Part shown: positions 1 through 10,328 of the stretch, one piece after another
How the letters are laid out: each line of letters begins with the position of its first letter
Numbering within the stretch: position 1 is the first letter of the stretch
IMG/VR virus record: IMGVR_UViG_3300020112_001619
DNA from: a virus
Length of the DNA: 64,000 nucleotides
Strand: one strand, 5' to 3'
The notes under the pieces: generated by a model
Databases searched by the model: none
What the model was told of the DNA's origin: nothing
Seen by the model: the letters and a program-made list of their open reading frames with translations, nothing else
Made by a program: the position numbers and the translations under genes

Positions 1-183
1 TTCACGCCCAAAAGGCACAATACTTGAAACATCTTTAGGATTAGGTATTGTATGTGATACAGGTGATTTTGCAAAAACCAATTCAAAACAAATAGATATT
101 GCCACAAATTGGTAATTCACGATAAGATATTGAACGGAGAGCTGGTTTTATCTAGCTCTCTTTTCATTAAGATAGGAGAAAAT

Positions 184-561
184 ATGGCAAAATCAGAATT
201 AAGACCTGAAGACGATAAGCCAATATTGTCTTTAAATAGTATACGAAAAGTATGTTTTGACATTATGCGTGATCAAAAGCCAAATCCAAATGATCCAGAA
301 CATTATTTTAGCCAAGGTATTGAAACATTAATGATGGCTATTGAAGAAGATTTTAGAAATCAATATAGAATGTTCACAATATTTGATAGAGCAAAAGTCA
401 AAATTGCAACAGGTTATGACGAAAATGATAAACCGAATATGACATTCGTCATATCTACAAATGCTGATGAACCAATCACAGCTGAAGAAGAAATATTTAT
501 GAGATCAATGTGGAAAACAAATACAAAGTTGAACTTTGTAGTAAATCCAAATTATGAATAA
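184..561 (+). CDS. hypothetical protein (ORF track starts at 109; internal ATG at 184 with an AGGAG ribosome-binding site preferred)
   Basis: Long ORF in the coding strand. AGGAGAAAAT precedes the ATG at 184. No recognisable motifs. Confidence 0.45.
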   Translation: MAKSELRPEDDKPILSLNSIRKVCFDIMRDQKPNPNDPEHYFSQGIETLMMAIEEDFRNQYRMFTIFDRAKVKIATGYDENDKPNMTFVISTNADEPITAEEEIFMRSMWKTNTKLNFVVNPNYE

Positions 562-572
562 GAGGTGAAATC

Positions 573-1157
573 TTGAATAATCCTATAATTATATTTTGCG
601 GAAAATCAGCATCAGGTAAGGATGCACTTTTAAAAGAACTTGTTAAAAATTACGGATTTAAGCCTATTGTCAGTGCAACATCTCGTCCAATACGAGACGG
701 TGAAATTGATCATGTAGATTATCACTTCAAATCAACAGATGAATTCCAGGATATGATTCGTAACGATGAATTAGTTGAATATCGTGCATATGACACACTT
801 ATAAATGGAAGTCCTAAAACTTGTTATTATGGTGTTCCAAAATCAAGTATTGAACAAAATAATGACAAATATGTTGCAGTACTGGAATTAAAAGGTCTTG
901 CGAAATTCAAAGAATTATTCAAAGACCGAGTTATCACATTTTTGATTGAAGCTGATAATAAAATACGTAAAGATCGAGCTGAAAAAAGAGGCTCTTTTAA
1001 TGAAAAAGAATGGAACAGACGTCTTGAAACAGATGACTATGATTTTAATATGAGTGCTGAATTTTATCAGGATTTTATTAATCATACCATTACAAACAAT
1101 GGTGACCTTACTATTGAAGAACTTGCTAACTTAATTGTTGATATGATAAAGGAGTAA
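573..1157 (+). CDS. guanylate kinase-like nucleoside monophosphate kinase
   Basis: P-loop GKSASGKDALL followed by SATSRPIRDGEIDHVDYHF and YGVP, which match the guanylate kinase TTRxPRxGExDGxDYxF signature. TTG start preceded by AGAGGTG. Confidence 0.7.
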   Translation: MNNPIIIFCGKSASGKDALLKELVKNYGFKPIVSATSRPIRDGEIDHVDYHFKSTDEFQDMIRNDELVEYRAYDTLINGSPKTCYYGVPKSSIEQNNDKYVAVLELKGLAKFKELFKDRVITFLIEADNKIRKDRAEKRGSFNEKEWNRRLETDDYDFNMSAEFYQDFINHTITNNGDLTIEELANLIVDMIKE

Positions 1158-1159
1158 TT

Positions 1160-1984
1160 ATGCGAGCATTACTTAAAAATAGTTACAGAGGTTTTAAAAA
1201 AGAATTAGCTGGTACATGGGTAGATATTGATACTACATCATTATTTACAAACCAGTATAATACAACTGAAGAATATGGCAATATGCGAATCTTTGATGGT
1301 GATATTGAAAGAATTGAAGATGATGCACGAATTGGAAAAGGCCGTTGTAAATACTGTGGTGCTATCGTCAATTTTGGCGAAGAAGATAAACATTTTGAAC
1401 AGAAAGCAGAAAGAAACTGTGAAAAATGCTTCTATTATGGTAGAGTTTATGATGAAACAAAGACTACTGAAGAAGATGACGGTGCCACTATCGTTAAAAC
1501 AACCGTTATGAAATATCATAAAGAATGTAATTACAACAAAGACAAAAGACATGGTGAAAGCAGTTGTAATAATGATGAATGCAAAGCATATGACATTGAC
1601 TGGTTCACACCAGATAATACATTTTTCTTAAGATATCCTAATGGATATATTACAACTAAATTCTCATTTGCTGGTCCAAATGCACTTACTGATTGGGTTC
1701 CAAATCCAGGAATGACATTCATTAAGTATAATGATAAATTAGGATCTTACACCTTAGAAGCAAAAATATTTAACTTTGATGGTATTACCGGTTGTGTTGA
1801 ATATTTTACACTTCATAATGGAAATACAACCATTAGATTCAGATACGATAGTACAAAAGATGAATTCATCGTATTTGATGGTATTAATTCAAGTCCTAAT
1901 ATCAAAGAACATATACTTGATATGCGTTATGCAATTAGTTCAAAAGTAGAATCAAAAGTGAAAAAGCTTATGACACAATTCTAG
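1160..1984 (+). CDS. hypothetical Cys-rich protein
   Basis: ORF with GGAG ribosome-binding site. Cys pairs CKYCG and CEKCF suggest a zinc ribbon. Confidence 0.5.
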   Translation: MRALLKNSYRGFKKELAGTWVDIDTTSLFTNQYNTTEEYGNMRIFDGDIERIEDDARIGKGRCKYCGAIVNFGEEDKHFEQKAERNCEKCFYYGRVYDETKTTEEDDGATIVKTTVMKYHKECNYNKDKRHGESSCNNDECKAYDIDWFTPDNTFFLRYPNGYITTKFSFAGPNALTDWVPNPGMTFIKYNDKLGSYTLEAKIFNFDGITGCVEYFTLHNGNTTIRFRYDSTKDEFIVFDGINSSPNIKEHILDMRYAISSKVESKVKKLMTQF

Positions 1985-1995
1985 GAGGAATAATA

Positions 1996-3927
1996 ATGGC
2001 TAGAAAGAAAGCTGAAGAAACCAGAGTACCTGAAGTTAATCAGGATCCATACGCTGAACAGAAAAAAACATTAGAAGATTGCGAACGCATTCTTCATGAA
2101 TTTTATAAATGTGCTATCATACGTCCTACAGGATTCGGTAAGACATTTTTATTAACATCTTTAATCAATCGTTATTCAAAAGTCTTGTACCTATACCCTG
2201 CACAAGTTATTCGTAACACGGTTGTCGATACGTATTACAATTCTATGTATTCTGATGAATTGGAAGACTATATCGACGAAAATGGTGATGTGATTGATCC
2301 AGAAACTATCGATGCTTTGAAAGAAATTTCTAAAATCGAAAATTGTGATCTGATGACATATTCTAAGCTGATTCGTTTAGCAAACGAAGATATTGAAGCT
2401 ATGGATTATGATCTTATCATTATGGATGAATGTCATCGTATTGGTGGACGTAGAACAAAATATGCTGTTGAAGTATTAATGCGTTCTCATACAGATACAC
2501 GATTTGTAGGTGCGACAGCAACCCCTACAAGAATGGATAATTTTGATGTAGTGTCTTATTTCTTTGATGATCGATGCACATACACCTATACATTATTTAA
2601 CGCAATAGAAGATGGTCTTTTACAAAAACCTAATTATTGTTTTTGTACTGAAAATCCTAGAAAGGATTTGGAAGACGCAGCTAAAGAAGCCTGTGAAGAT
2701 GTAAAAGATCCTGAAATTGTAAAGATTTTGGATAGACATGCATTTGAGATTTCAAAGTTGAATGGTATGCCACACATCATTGAAACTGTATGCAAAGACT
2801 ACGTCGAAAACACATCATATATGAAGTTTATCGTATTCTTTACATCAATTAAGCACATGAAAGATCGATTTGATGATGTAAAAGAATGGTTCCACGAAGC
2901 ATACCCAAAGCACAAAATTGTTGAACATCGTATCAGCAGTGCTAACAAGACAGAAGCTTCTAATGTTGATTTACTTGATGATATCCTACCACAGTCAAAA
3001 ACAATTGATTTAATTGCATGTATTGATATGCTTAATGTAGGTTATCATGTAAATAACTTGACCGGAATTATTATGTATCGTAAAACACAGAGCTCTACAA
3101 TCTTTATTCAGCAGTTAGGTAGAGCATTATCTGCAGGAGCAAATAATTCAGCTATCGTATTTGATGTTGTTGACAATCTGCATGTAAAAGCAGCATATAA
3201 CATCAAGCAGATTCCAAAAAGAACATCTCCAAATAAAACAACAACATTAATATCAGCAAATAGCAATCTTGATAAAACAATTGTTGATGAAATCGATGGT
3301 AAAACACTTGTTGAAAATCCAATTGCTTTGAGAATTGATAGAAATGGCGTTGTTTGGAATACAGATGATGAAAATGAAGCACCAATTAAAACTGATTTAC
3401 ATCTTGATAAGAAAACTGGTCGTATCGTTGATGCACACGGTAATGTAACAAACAAAATGATTGTTCCAGGAACAGACCAGGTTGTAGATATGTGTGATGT
3501 ATCGAAAAATAACTGTAATCAGTTTGATGACAAATGTATTAATATGGTTGGTTATATGGCAACATATAGAGAAATCATTGCAAAAGCTGTAGCTGAACCT
3601 TTAACACAGCGTTGTAAGTACGCATTAGAACTTCATTTTAGAAGCTGGTGTTATGCTAATAACATTCCATATCCAATTAGTGATTCAGAACTCACTGCTA
3701 TGTATAACAAAACAAAAAATGAGTTCTATAAAGATTTCTTGAGAATTATCAGAATCAACAAGATTCCATATAATCTTCAGGATGCTCAGGCTCTTTTACA
3801 AATTGGTAATGGTGATGGTCAGGTTCCACTTAGTATTTGTGCTTCAGCAAGAAATGTATCAATTGAACAGATCTTGAGAGAGTTCAACATACCAAACGAA
3901 CTTACAGATAATAGAAAAGCTGTATAA
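1996..3927 (+). CDS. SF2 DEAD/DEAH-box-like helicase; N-terminal domain is paralogous to that of the 46827 helicase-sigma fusion
   Basis: Motif I RPTGFGKT, motif II IIMDECH, motif III GATATPTR. AGGAGG ribosome-binding site. Confidence 0.7.
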   Translation: MARKKAEETRVPEVNQDPYAEQKKTLEDCERILHEFYKCAIIRPTGFGKTFLLTSLINRYSKVLYLYPAQVIRNTVVDTYYNSMYSDELEDYIDENGDVIDPETIDALKEISKIENCDLMTYSKLIRLANEDIEAMDYDLIIMDECHRIGGRRTKYAVEVLMRSHTDTRFVGATATPTRMDNFDVVSYFFDDRCTYTYTLFNAIEDGLLQKPNYCFCTENPRKDLEDAAKEACEDVKDPEIVKILDRHAFEISKLNGMPHIIETVCKDYVENTSYMKFIVFFTSIKHMKDRFDDVKEWFHEAYPKHKIVEHRISSANKTEASNVDLLDDILPQSKTIDLIACIDMLNVGYHVNNLTGIIMYRKTQSSTIFIQQLGRALSAGANNSAIVFDVVDNLHVKAAYNIKQIPKRTSPNKTTTLISANSNLDKTIVDEIDGKTLVENPIALRIDRNGVVWNTDDENEAPIKTDLHLDKKTGRIVDAHGNVTNKMIVPGTDQVVDMCDVSKNNCNQFDDKCINMVGYMATYREIIAKAVAEPLTQRCKYALELHFRSWCYANNIPYPISDSELTAMYNKTKNEFYKDFLRIIRINKIPYNLQDAQALLQIGNGDGQVPLSICASARNVSIEQILREFNIPNELTDNRKAV

Positions 3928-3932
3928 TAATT

Positions 3933-3960
3933 AGGGCTGGATTTTTGCCAGCCCTATATT
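3933..3960 (+). terminator. rho-independent terminator
   Basis: Hairpin AGGGCTGG-ATTTTTG-CCAGCCCT followed by an AT-rich tail. Confidence 0.6.
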
Positions 3961-3978
3961 AAAATAGGAGATGTATAT

Positions 3979-4752
3979 ATGGTGCGTGACCACTTAAATA
4001 ATGAATTTGCATCAATCAAAGAAATGTGCAAATTTTATAATATAGGTTTAACAACTTATAAGAGAAGGCGTGCCAAAGGCATGACTATCGAAGAAATACT
4101 GACTGCAGAAAATCGATTACATTCTGCATGTGAAGATCATTTAGGTAATCATTTTGAATCAAAACAAGATATGTGTGATTATTACAATATATCAAAAGAT
4201 ACACTCAATATTCGATTGAAAAAAGGAATACATTTAAAAGATATTCTTACAAAAAGTCGTAAACGAGCTGTAAAAGATCATTTAGGAAACCCTTATAACA
4301 CCATTTTAGAGATGTGTGAAGCTTATAATATTAGTTATTCTATATATCAAAGCAGACGAAAAGCAAACATGTCGTTAGAAGAAATTTTAACAACACCTGT
4401 TACTAAGCGTGGACAAGTTGATCCTTACGGTAACAAATTTGCAACTGTTGAAGATATGTGTAAAGTATATAATAGAACAATTGATGGTTATGCTCATTGT
4501 AAACAACGAGGTTATTCACAATACGAAGGTTTAGGAATCATTCCTATACTTAGTAGTTTTATCAAAGATTGTGAAATACTCGATATTACAATATTGAACG
4601 TAATAGATAAACGTCCTGACAGACCAAGTGATTTCTATATGTGCTTACATAATGATCACGAAGTAATAATGTCACATAAACAAATCATTGATTATGTAGA
4701 ACAGCATAAATACGAATTGATGCCTGAATATTTAAAACAAAAGGCGGTATGA
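3979..4752 (+). CDS. tandem helix-turn-helix-like (NUMOD1-like) repeat protein, paralog 1 (4 repeats plus conserved C-terminal domain)
   Basis: Repeats of consensus DHLGNxFxSIxxMCxxYNISxxTYxxRxxKGxSLEEILT. C-terminal GIIPIL...FYMCLHNDHEV module is shared with the 5439 and 55424 paralogs. Confidence 0.6.
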   Translation: MVRDHLNNEFASIKEMCKFYNIGLTTYKRRRAKGMTIEEILTAENRLHSACEDHLGNHFESKQDMCDYYNISKDTLNIRLKKGIHLKDILTKSRKRAVKDHLGNPYNTILEMCEAYNISYSIYQSRRKANMSLEEILTTPVTKRGQVDPYGNKFATVEDMCKVYNRTIDGYAHCKQRGYSQYEGLGIIPILSSFIKDCEILDITILNVIDKRPDRPSDFYMCLHNDHEVIMSHKQIIDYVEQHKYELMPEYLKQKAV

Positions 4753-4780
4753 TTATCGCCTCTTAGGAGATGAACAATTT

Positions 4781-5056
4781 ATGACCTTAAACAAACTTAT
4801 CCATAAATGCTTCAAAGATACTGATCGAGAAGCATTAACAAATGATAAAAACATATTAAGTGCTATTTATATGGATTATATGTCAGGGCATAAAGACATA
4901 AATATGCAGAACGCCAAAACTGCAATCTTAAATATCAATAAAATATGTATAGAACAAAGATTTAAACCTTTGTTTTCAGGAAATATGAACTCTAAAGCCG
5001 ATGTCTTAAAGTTCGCAAAAAAAGTCATGGTCGATGACATTAGAGACAATAATTAA
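4781..5056 (+). CDS. hypothetical protein
   Basis: ORF with AGGAG ribosome-binding site. Confidence 0.4.
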   Translation: MTLNKLIHKCFKDTDREALTNDKNILSAIYMDYMSGHKDINMQNAKTAILNINKICIEQRFKPLFSGNMNSKADVLKFAKKVMVDDIRDNN

Positions 5057-5067
5057 GGAGTGCAATT

Positions 5068-5427
5068 ATGAGTCCAGAAGAAGAATTAGAAAAAATTAAA
5101 ATTTCAAGAGATTTATTTATACAGGTAGTAAAAGAAACTTTTAATAAAGAACAATATGAAAAATTATTAGACTTTATTGAAGAATGTCGCAATAAAGATG
5201 GCTGGATTTTACAGTATCATAATGAAACTGTATTAATTTATGATACAGCTACTGACAGATATATTTCATGGTATAAAATCGTACATCTTGGTAGATCTCT
5301 TAACACAAATATCAATACTGTATATGATTTACGATCATTCTTAAAACAGATTATGTACGATGTATTTGATGTCCCCGAACCAGAAGATGAATCAGAAAAT
5401 GAATCAGAAGATAATATGGAAAATTAG
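5068..5427 (+). CDS. hypothetical protein (acidic C-terminus)
   Basis: ORF with AAGGAG ribosome-binding site. Confidence 0.45.
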   Translation: MSPEEELEKIKISRDLFIQVVKETFNKEQYEKLLDFIEECRNKDGWILQYHNETVLIYDTATDRYISWYKIVHLGRSLNTNINTVYDLRSFLKQIMYDVFDVPEPEDESENESEDNMEN

Positions 5428-5438
5428 AGGATTAAAAT

Positions 5439-6383
5439 ATGGCTCATTGTATAGACCACAATGGCATCAAGCATCAATCTGCTCGAGCTATGTGTGAATA
5501 TTATGGTGTTGATTATGACCAATATAGAAATCGTAAAAAATGTTATAATTTAACTATTGAAGAAGCCTTAACCGGCAATTATAAAGAAAAAAGAGATACT
5601 ACGATATTCGATCATAAAGGAAATAAATATAATTCTATTGTTGATATGTGTGAAGCTTATAATATAAACACTAGCACATTCAATTATCATAGAAGACAAG
5701 GAAAATCATTAGAAGAATGTCTTACATTCAGAAATGATACATCTATAACAGATCATGAAGGCAATGTATGGCCTACAAAAAAAGCTATGTGTGAAGCTTA
5801 TGGAATAACTGTTAAAACATATGACAGCCGCATTCGTGACGGTTGGTCGTTAGATAAATGTTTAACAACATCAAGAATATATTCGAATAAAAAAGTAATT
5901 GCACCGAACGGTATAGAATATGAATCAATCACAAAAATGTGTGAAGCATATAATGTAAATACATCAGCTTATTGTAAACGTCGTTCAGAAGGCAAATCTA
6001 TGGAAGAAGCATTAATTCCTATTCGTATAAAAACTGCTACAGATCCATTTGGTCAAATATTTGAATCAACAAAAAGTATGTTAGCATATTATAATATTGA
6101 TAATTCAACATTTTATGGTAGATTTTATAAACATAGATATTCTTTAGCTGAATCATTAGGTATTATACCTATGTTAAACGTTTATACTAGAAATACTGAT
6201 ATGGTGAAAATCACAGACAATCTAATAATTGTAAATTCTATCGATGGATCACCTAAGAAGAAACCAAAATATTTCTTATGTGTATTGAATGATTATGAAG
6301 TTGTATTAGATAGAAATACAATTATTGAATTAGGTTTAGATTATTATCGTAAAAATGTATTACCTTTCAAAAAATCAGCATAA
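5439..6383 (+). CDS. tandem helix-turn-helix-like (NUMOD1-like) repeat protein, paralog 2 (5 repeats plus C-terminal domain)
   Basis: Same DHxGNxYxSIxxMCEAYNIxTSTxxxRRxxGxSLEEALT repeat, then C-terminal GIIPML...KYFLCVLNDYEV. Confidence 0.6.
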   Translation: MAHCIDHNGIKHQSARAMCEYYGVDYDQYRNRKKCYNLTIEEALTGNYKEKRDTTIFDHKGNKYNSIVDMCEAYNINTSTFNYHRRQGKSLEECLTFRNDTSITDHEGNVWPTKKAMCEAYGITVKTYDSRIRDGWSLDKCLTTSRIYSNKKVIAPNGIEYESITKMCEAYNVNTSAYCKRRSEGKSMEEALIPIRIKTATDPFGQIFESTKSMLAYYNIDNSTFYGRFYKHRYSLAESLGIIPMLNVYTRNTDMVKITDNLIIVNSIDGSPKKKPKYFLCVLNDYEVVLDRNTIIELGLDYYRKNVLPFKKSA

Positions 6384-6456
6384 ATACTGGATTTTGTAGC
6401 AATTATGCATTAAAATAATAGGTACACTAAATTAGAAAGGAGTGTCCAAAACAACC

Positions 6457-8769
6457 ATGAACATTTTGAAACGTGACGGTAAAGAAATTGAATACGATGG
6501 TATTAAAATTCAAAACGCCGTCAGTAAAGCAAATAATGAAGTAACTGTTGATAAACAGTTATTGGAATCACAAATTAAAGTAATTGAAGAAAAAGTTAGA
6601 ATCAAACTTAATAATTTAGGACATACAGCTACTGTCGAAGAAATTCAGGATATGGTTATTCATGAAATTATGAGACAGCAGGCATTCGAAGTTGCCCAGG
6701 GTTATACTGAGTTCAGATTCAAACAGATGCTCAAGCGTAAAAAGAATACAACTGATGATAATATTTTATCATTAGTTGATTATGAAAACGAAGAGATCAA
6801 ACAGGAAAATTCAAACAAAAATCCTATGATTGCATCTACTCAGCGTGACTATATTGCAGGTGAAGTTAGTAAGGATATTACTTGGAGAATTTTATTACCT
6901 GAAAAGGTTAAAAAGGCACATGATGACGGTAGAATTCATTTTCACGATGCCGATTATTTCCTTCAGTATATTTACAACTGTTGCTTAATCAACCTTTTAG
7001 ATATGTTGCTTAATGGAACTGTTATTACAGAAACAGCAATCACAACACCAAAAGGAATTTTAACAACAGCCACTGTCGCTACACAAATTATTGCACAGGT
7101 AGCTTCTAATCAGTATGGTGGACAGACTTTCTCACTTGCTCATCTTGCTCCGTGGGTTGACATCTCACGTCAGAGACTTCGTGCAGAAGTTAGAGAAGAA
7201 AGAATTGAAAATGGTGATGATCTTAGTGAAGAAAAGATTAATCGTACTGCTGAACGTAGACTTAAGAAGGAAATCAGAGCTGCAATTAAGACAATTCAGT
7301 ATCAGTTAGTAACTCTTATGACTACAAATGGACAGACACCATTTGTCAGCATGTATATGCATATTGATGAGCCAACTGATCCTCAGACAAAGCATGATTT
7401 AGCTATGCTTATTGAAGAAGTATTTACTCAGAGAATCAAAGGTCTTCCAAATGAAGAAGGCGTATGGATTACACCTGCCTTTCCTAAATTGTTATATGTA
7501 CTTGATGAATCAAATACATATGAAGGTTCTGAATACTTCTATCTTACAAAGTTAGCTGCTGAATGTACAAATAAGCGTATGGTTCCTGATTATATCAGTG
7601 CAAAGAAAATGCGTGAATATACTGGTGGTGATGTATATGGCTGTATGGGTTGCAGAAGTTTCTTAACAGTAGATAGATTTGCTGATAAAGTAGGAAACAT
7701 TTCTAACTCCGGTACATTTGATATGACAAAACATCACTACTATGGTCGTTTCAACCAGGGCGTTGTTACTATTAACCTTGTAGACGCCGCTTGTGCTTCA
7801 AATGGCGATATGGATAAATTCTGGGAAATCTTAGACGATACTCTTGAAATTTGTCATATTGCACTTCAGCATAGACATAATCGTCTTAAAGGTACAACAT
7901 CAGATATTGCACCTATTCTTTGGCAGCATGGTGCTATTGCTAGACTTAAGAAAGGTGAAAAGATTGATAAACTGTTATACGACGGTTATTCAACAATTTC
8001 ATTAGGCTACGCTGGTCTTTATGAAATGTGTATGCGTATGACTGGAAAATCACACACAGATCCAGCAGCAAGACCTTTTGCACTTGCAGTAATGCAGCAT
8101 CTGAACGATAAATGTAATGAGTGGAAGAAAGCTGAAAATATCGATTATTCACTTTATGGAACTCCACTTGAAAGCACAACTTATAAGTTCGCTAAGAGTC
8201 TTCAGAAGAAATATGGTATTATCAAAGATGTAACAGATCATGGATATATTACAAACTCTTATCATGTAAATGTCCGTGAGCATATTGATGCATTTGAGAA
8301 ACTTAAATTTGAAGCTGAGTTCCAAGAACTTTCTCCAGGTGGTGCTATCAGTTATGTTGAAATTCCAAACATGAATAACAATATGGATGCACTCATCAAA
8401 ATGATTCAGTTTGTATATGAGAATATCAAATACGCTGAATTCAATTCAAAATCAGATTATTGTCACGTATGTGGATTCGATGGCGAAATTGAAATTGTTG
8501 AAGATGATGCTAAAAAGTTAATCTGGAAATGTCCTTGTTGTGGAAATACTGATCAGAATAAAATGAACGTAGCCCGCAGAACATGTGGCTATATCGGCAC
8601 ACAGTTTTGGAATCAAGGTCGAACTCAAGAAATTCGAGACAGAGTATTACATACAGACATTATGATGGTTGAACAGACAGATTTATCATCGAATGATTCA
8701 GATGAACCTGGACCAATCAATACATTTGCAATTCCTGATAATATCATTGAATCAGAAAAAACAGAATAA
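6457..8769 (+). CDS. nrdD: anaerobic ribonucleoside-triphosphate reductase (class III) NrdD
   Basis: N-terminal ATP-cone (ILKRDGKEIEYDGIKIQNAV). C-terminal zinc site CHVCG...CPCCG. Glycyl-radical motif RTCGYIG. Size of about 770 aa. Confidence 0.9.
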   Translation: MNILKRDGKEIEYDGIKIQNAVSKANNEVTVDKQLLESQIKVIEEKVRIKLNNLGHTATVEEIQDMVIHEIMRQQAFEVAQGYTEFRFKQMLKRKKNTTDDNILSLVDYENEEIKQENSNKNPMIASTQRDYIAGEVSKDITWRILLPEKVKKAHDDGRIHFHDADYFLQYIYNCCLINLLDMLLNGTVITETAITTPKGILTTATVATQIIAQVASNQYGGQTFSLAHLAPWVDISRQRLRAEVREERIENGDDLSEEKINRTAERRLKKEIRAAIKTIQYQLVTLMTTNGQTPFVSMYMHIDEPTDPQTKHDLAMLIEEVFTQRIKGLPNEEGVWITPAFPKLLYVLDESNTYEGSEYFYLTKLAAECTNKRMVPDYISAKKMREYTGGDVYGCMGCRSFLTVDRFADKVGNISNSGTFDMTKHHYYGRFNQGVVTINLVDAACASNGDMDKFWEILDDTLEICHIALQHRHNRLKGTTSDIAPILWQHGAIARLKKGEKIDKLLYDGYSTISLGYAGLYEMCMRMTGKSHTDPAARPFALAVMQHLNDKCNEWKKAENIDYSLYGTPLESTTYKFAKSLQKKYGIIKDVTDHGYITNSYHVNVREHIDAFEKLKFEAEFQELSPGGAISYVEIPNMNNNMDALIKMIQFVYENIKYAEFNSKSDYCHVCGFDGEIEIVEDDAKKLIWKCPCCGNTDQNKMNVARRTCGYIGTQFWNQGRTQEIRDRVLHTDIMMVEQTDLSSNDSDEPGPINTFAIPDNIIESEKTE

Positions 8770-8777
8770 TTATTATT

Positions 8778-8815
8778 GCAAGAGTGGGTGTAAAAACTCA
8801 CTCTTGTATTAATTA
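8778..8815 (+). terminator. rho-independent terminator after nrdD
   Basis: GCAAGAGTG...CACTCTTG hairpin followed by a T-rich tract. Confidence 0.6.
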
Positions 8816-8854
8816 TAAGAAAAATTAACAATTACAATAATAAGGAGGCTACCA

Positions 8855-9622
8855 ATGTCCGAATTAGATACAAAGATTGAAAAACTAAAAAGCATGATTG
8901 CTGAAGCTAATCATATAGCCTTCTTTGGAGGTGCAGGTGTTTCAACTGAAAGTGGAATACCTGACTTCAGAAGTAAAGATGGTTTGTATAATCAGCACGA
9001 TGTAAATTTTGAACAGTATAAACCAGAATATTTATTAAGTAATGAATGTTTGGTAAGACATCCAAAAGTATTCTACGAATTTTACAGACAAAAATTAGAT
9101 TGTAGAACCATTGAACCAAATATCACACATAAGAAGTTAGCAGAACTGGAACAATCAGGTAAAAGAGTGTCAATTATCACACAAAATATTGATGGATTAC
9201 ACGAAAAAGCTGGTTCAAAAGAAATATACAATATTCATGGTACAACTATGAAAAACTATTGTATGTATTGTCATCACGAATTTGATGGCAATTTCATTTT
9301 TGAATCCGATGAAGAAATACCAACATGTCCATATTGTGATCCATCAGAAACATCTGGTTTGAAAAACTATGTAAGACCTGATGTAACACTCTATGGTGAA
9401 GCATTACCTAACTCATTTGATGATGCTGTTTCTATTGTAAAACAAGCTGATCTTATGATTGTAGCAGGTACATCACTTACAGTATATCCAGCTGCTAACA
9501 TCATATCATATTTGAATGAAAATGCTTATCTTGTCATGATCAATCGTGATCCAACTGATAAAGATGGTTATGCTGATTTAGTCCTTCATTGTGGACTAGG
9601 AGAAGTATTTTCAAAATTGTAA
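8855..9622 (+). CDS. Sir2-family NAD-dependent protein deacetylase (sirtuin, CobB-like)
   Basis: GAGVSTESGIPDFRS, QNIDGLHEKAG, catalytic NIHG and the Zn tetrad CMYC...CPYC are all present. Confidence 0.85.
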   Translation: MSELDTKIEKLKSMIAEANHIAFFGGAGVSTESGIPDFRSKDGLYNQHDVNFEQYKPEYLLSNECLVRHPKVFYEFYRQKLDCRTIEPNITHKKLAELEQSGKRVSIITQNIDGLHEKAGSKEIYNIHGTTMKNYCMYCHHEFDGNFIFESDEEIPTCPYCDPSETSGLKNYVRPDVTLYGEALPNSFDDAVSIVKQADLMIVAGTSLTVYPAANIISYLNENAYLVMINRDPTDKDGYADLVLHCGLGEVFSKL

Positions 9623-9638
9623 AAATGAGGTAACTTAA

Positions 9639-9917
9639 ATGGCAAAAGTAAACATTGATACACTAAATGATGTTATTGTCAATTTGGATCTCACAGAAAC
9701 TGAAGATGATGACGCTCTTTTTGATACATCTGAATTATTAACTTGTTTAGAAACAAATGGTTGTATCGACTTAAAATCATATGTTGATTCAGAAGTTAAT
9801 ACAGCTCTTAAATTATTCAAAAAGAATGTCATTAAATATATTGAAATGACACAATTTGATAATGAAAACATCAAAAATGCGTTAATCAACAAGATAGCAA
9901 CAATGCCATCTGAATAA
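9639..9917 (+). CDS. hypothetical acidic protein
   Basis: ORF with GAGGT ribosome-binding site. The antisense ORF 9635..9964 is rejected. Confidence 0.4.
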   Translation: MAKVNIDTLNDVIVNLDLTETEDDDALFDTSELLTCLETNGCIDLKSYVDSEVNTALKLFKKNVIKYIEMTQFDNENIKNALINKIATMPSE

Positions 9918-9934
9918 GATAATCGAGATGATAT

Positions 9935-10141
9935 ATGAGAGTACAAATTGATAATGTAATTCATTTCGTAACATCTGTTACCGATATGGGTGATAAACTA
10001 CTTTTAAAGACACATGATTCAGGAGATGTAGAAATTCCAATCATCAAACGTGAAGATTTAGAAGCTCTAGTCATGCAGCTTTTAGTAAATGGCCACGCTC
10101 GTATCATAAATTCGGATAAAACATCCGAAGCACAAATTTAA
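9935..10141 (+). CDS. hypothetical protein
   Basis: ORF with a weak ribosome-binding site. Confidence 0.35.
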   Translation: MRVQIDNVIHFVTSVTDMGDKLLLKTHDSGDVEIPIIKREDLEALVMQLLVNGHARIINSDKTSEAQI

Positions 10142-10154
10142 AAATGGTGAATAT

Positions 10155-10313
10155 TATGAAGAAAATTAAATATAATATAGCATTTGTAACTATGGTTATT
10201 AAAAATTTGATGCTTGATATGATATACCCATTTTTACCAACTTCATTAAAATACGATAATTTAGCTAAGAAAGTATTAATTATGATAAATTTCCTTGAAA
10301 ATTATACGGATTA
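10155..10313 (+). CDS. small hydrophobic protein (52 aa; not in ORF track)
   Basis: Start at ATGAAGAAAATT after GGTGA. Hydrophobic core. Fills a 187-bp gap. Confidence 0.3.
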
Positions 10314-10328
10314 ATATGGAGGAAAATT

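Noticed and set aside
8855-9622. Sir2 as part of a Thoeris/DSR-type defence system
   Set aside because: There is no adjacent TIR, SLOG or helicase partner, and the full sirtuin Zn-ribbon and catalytic His are present.
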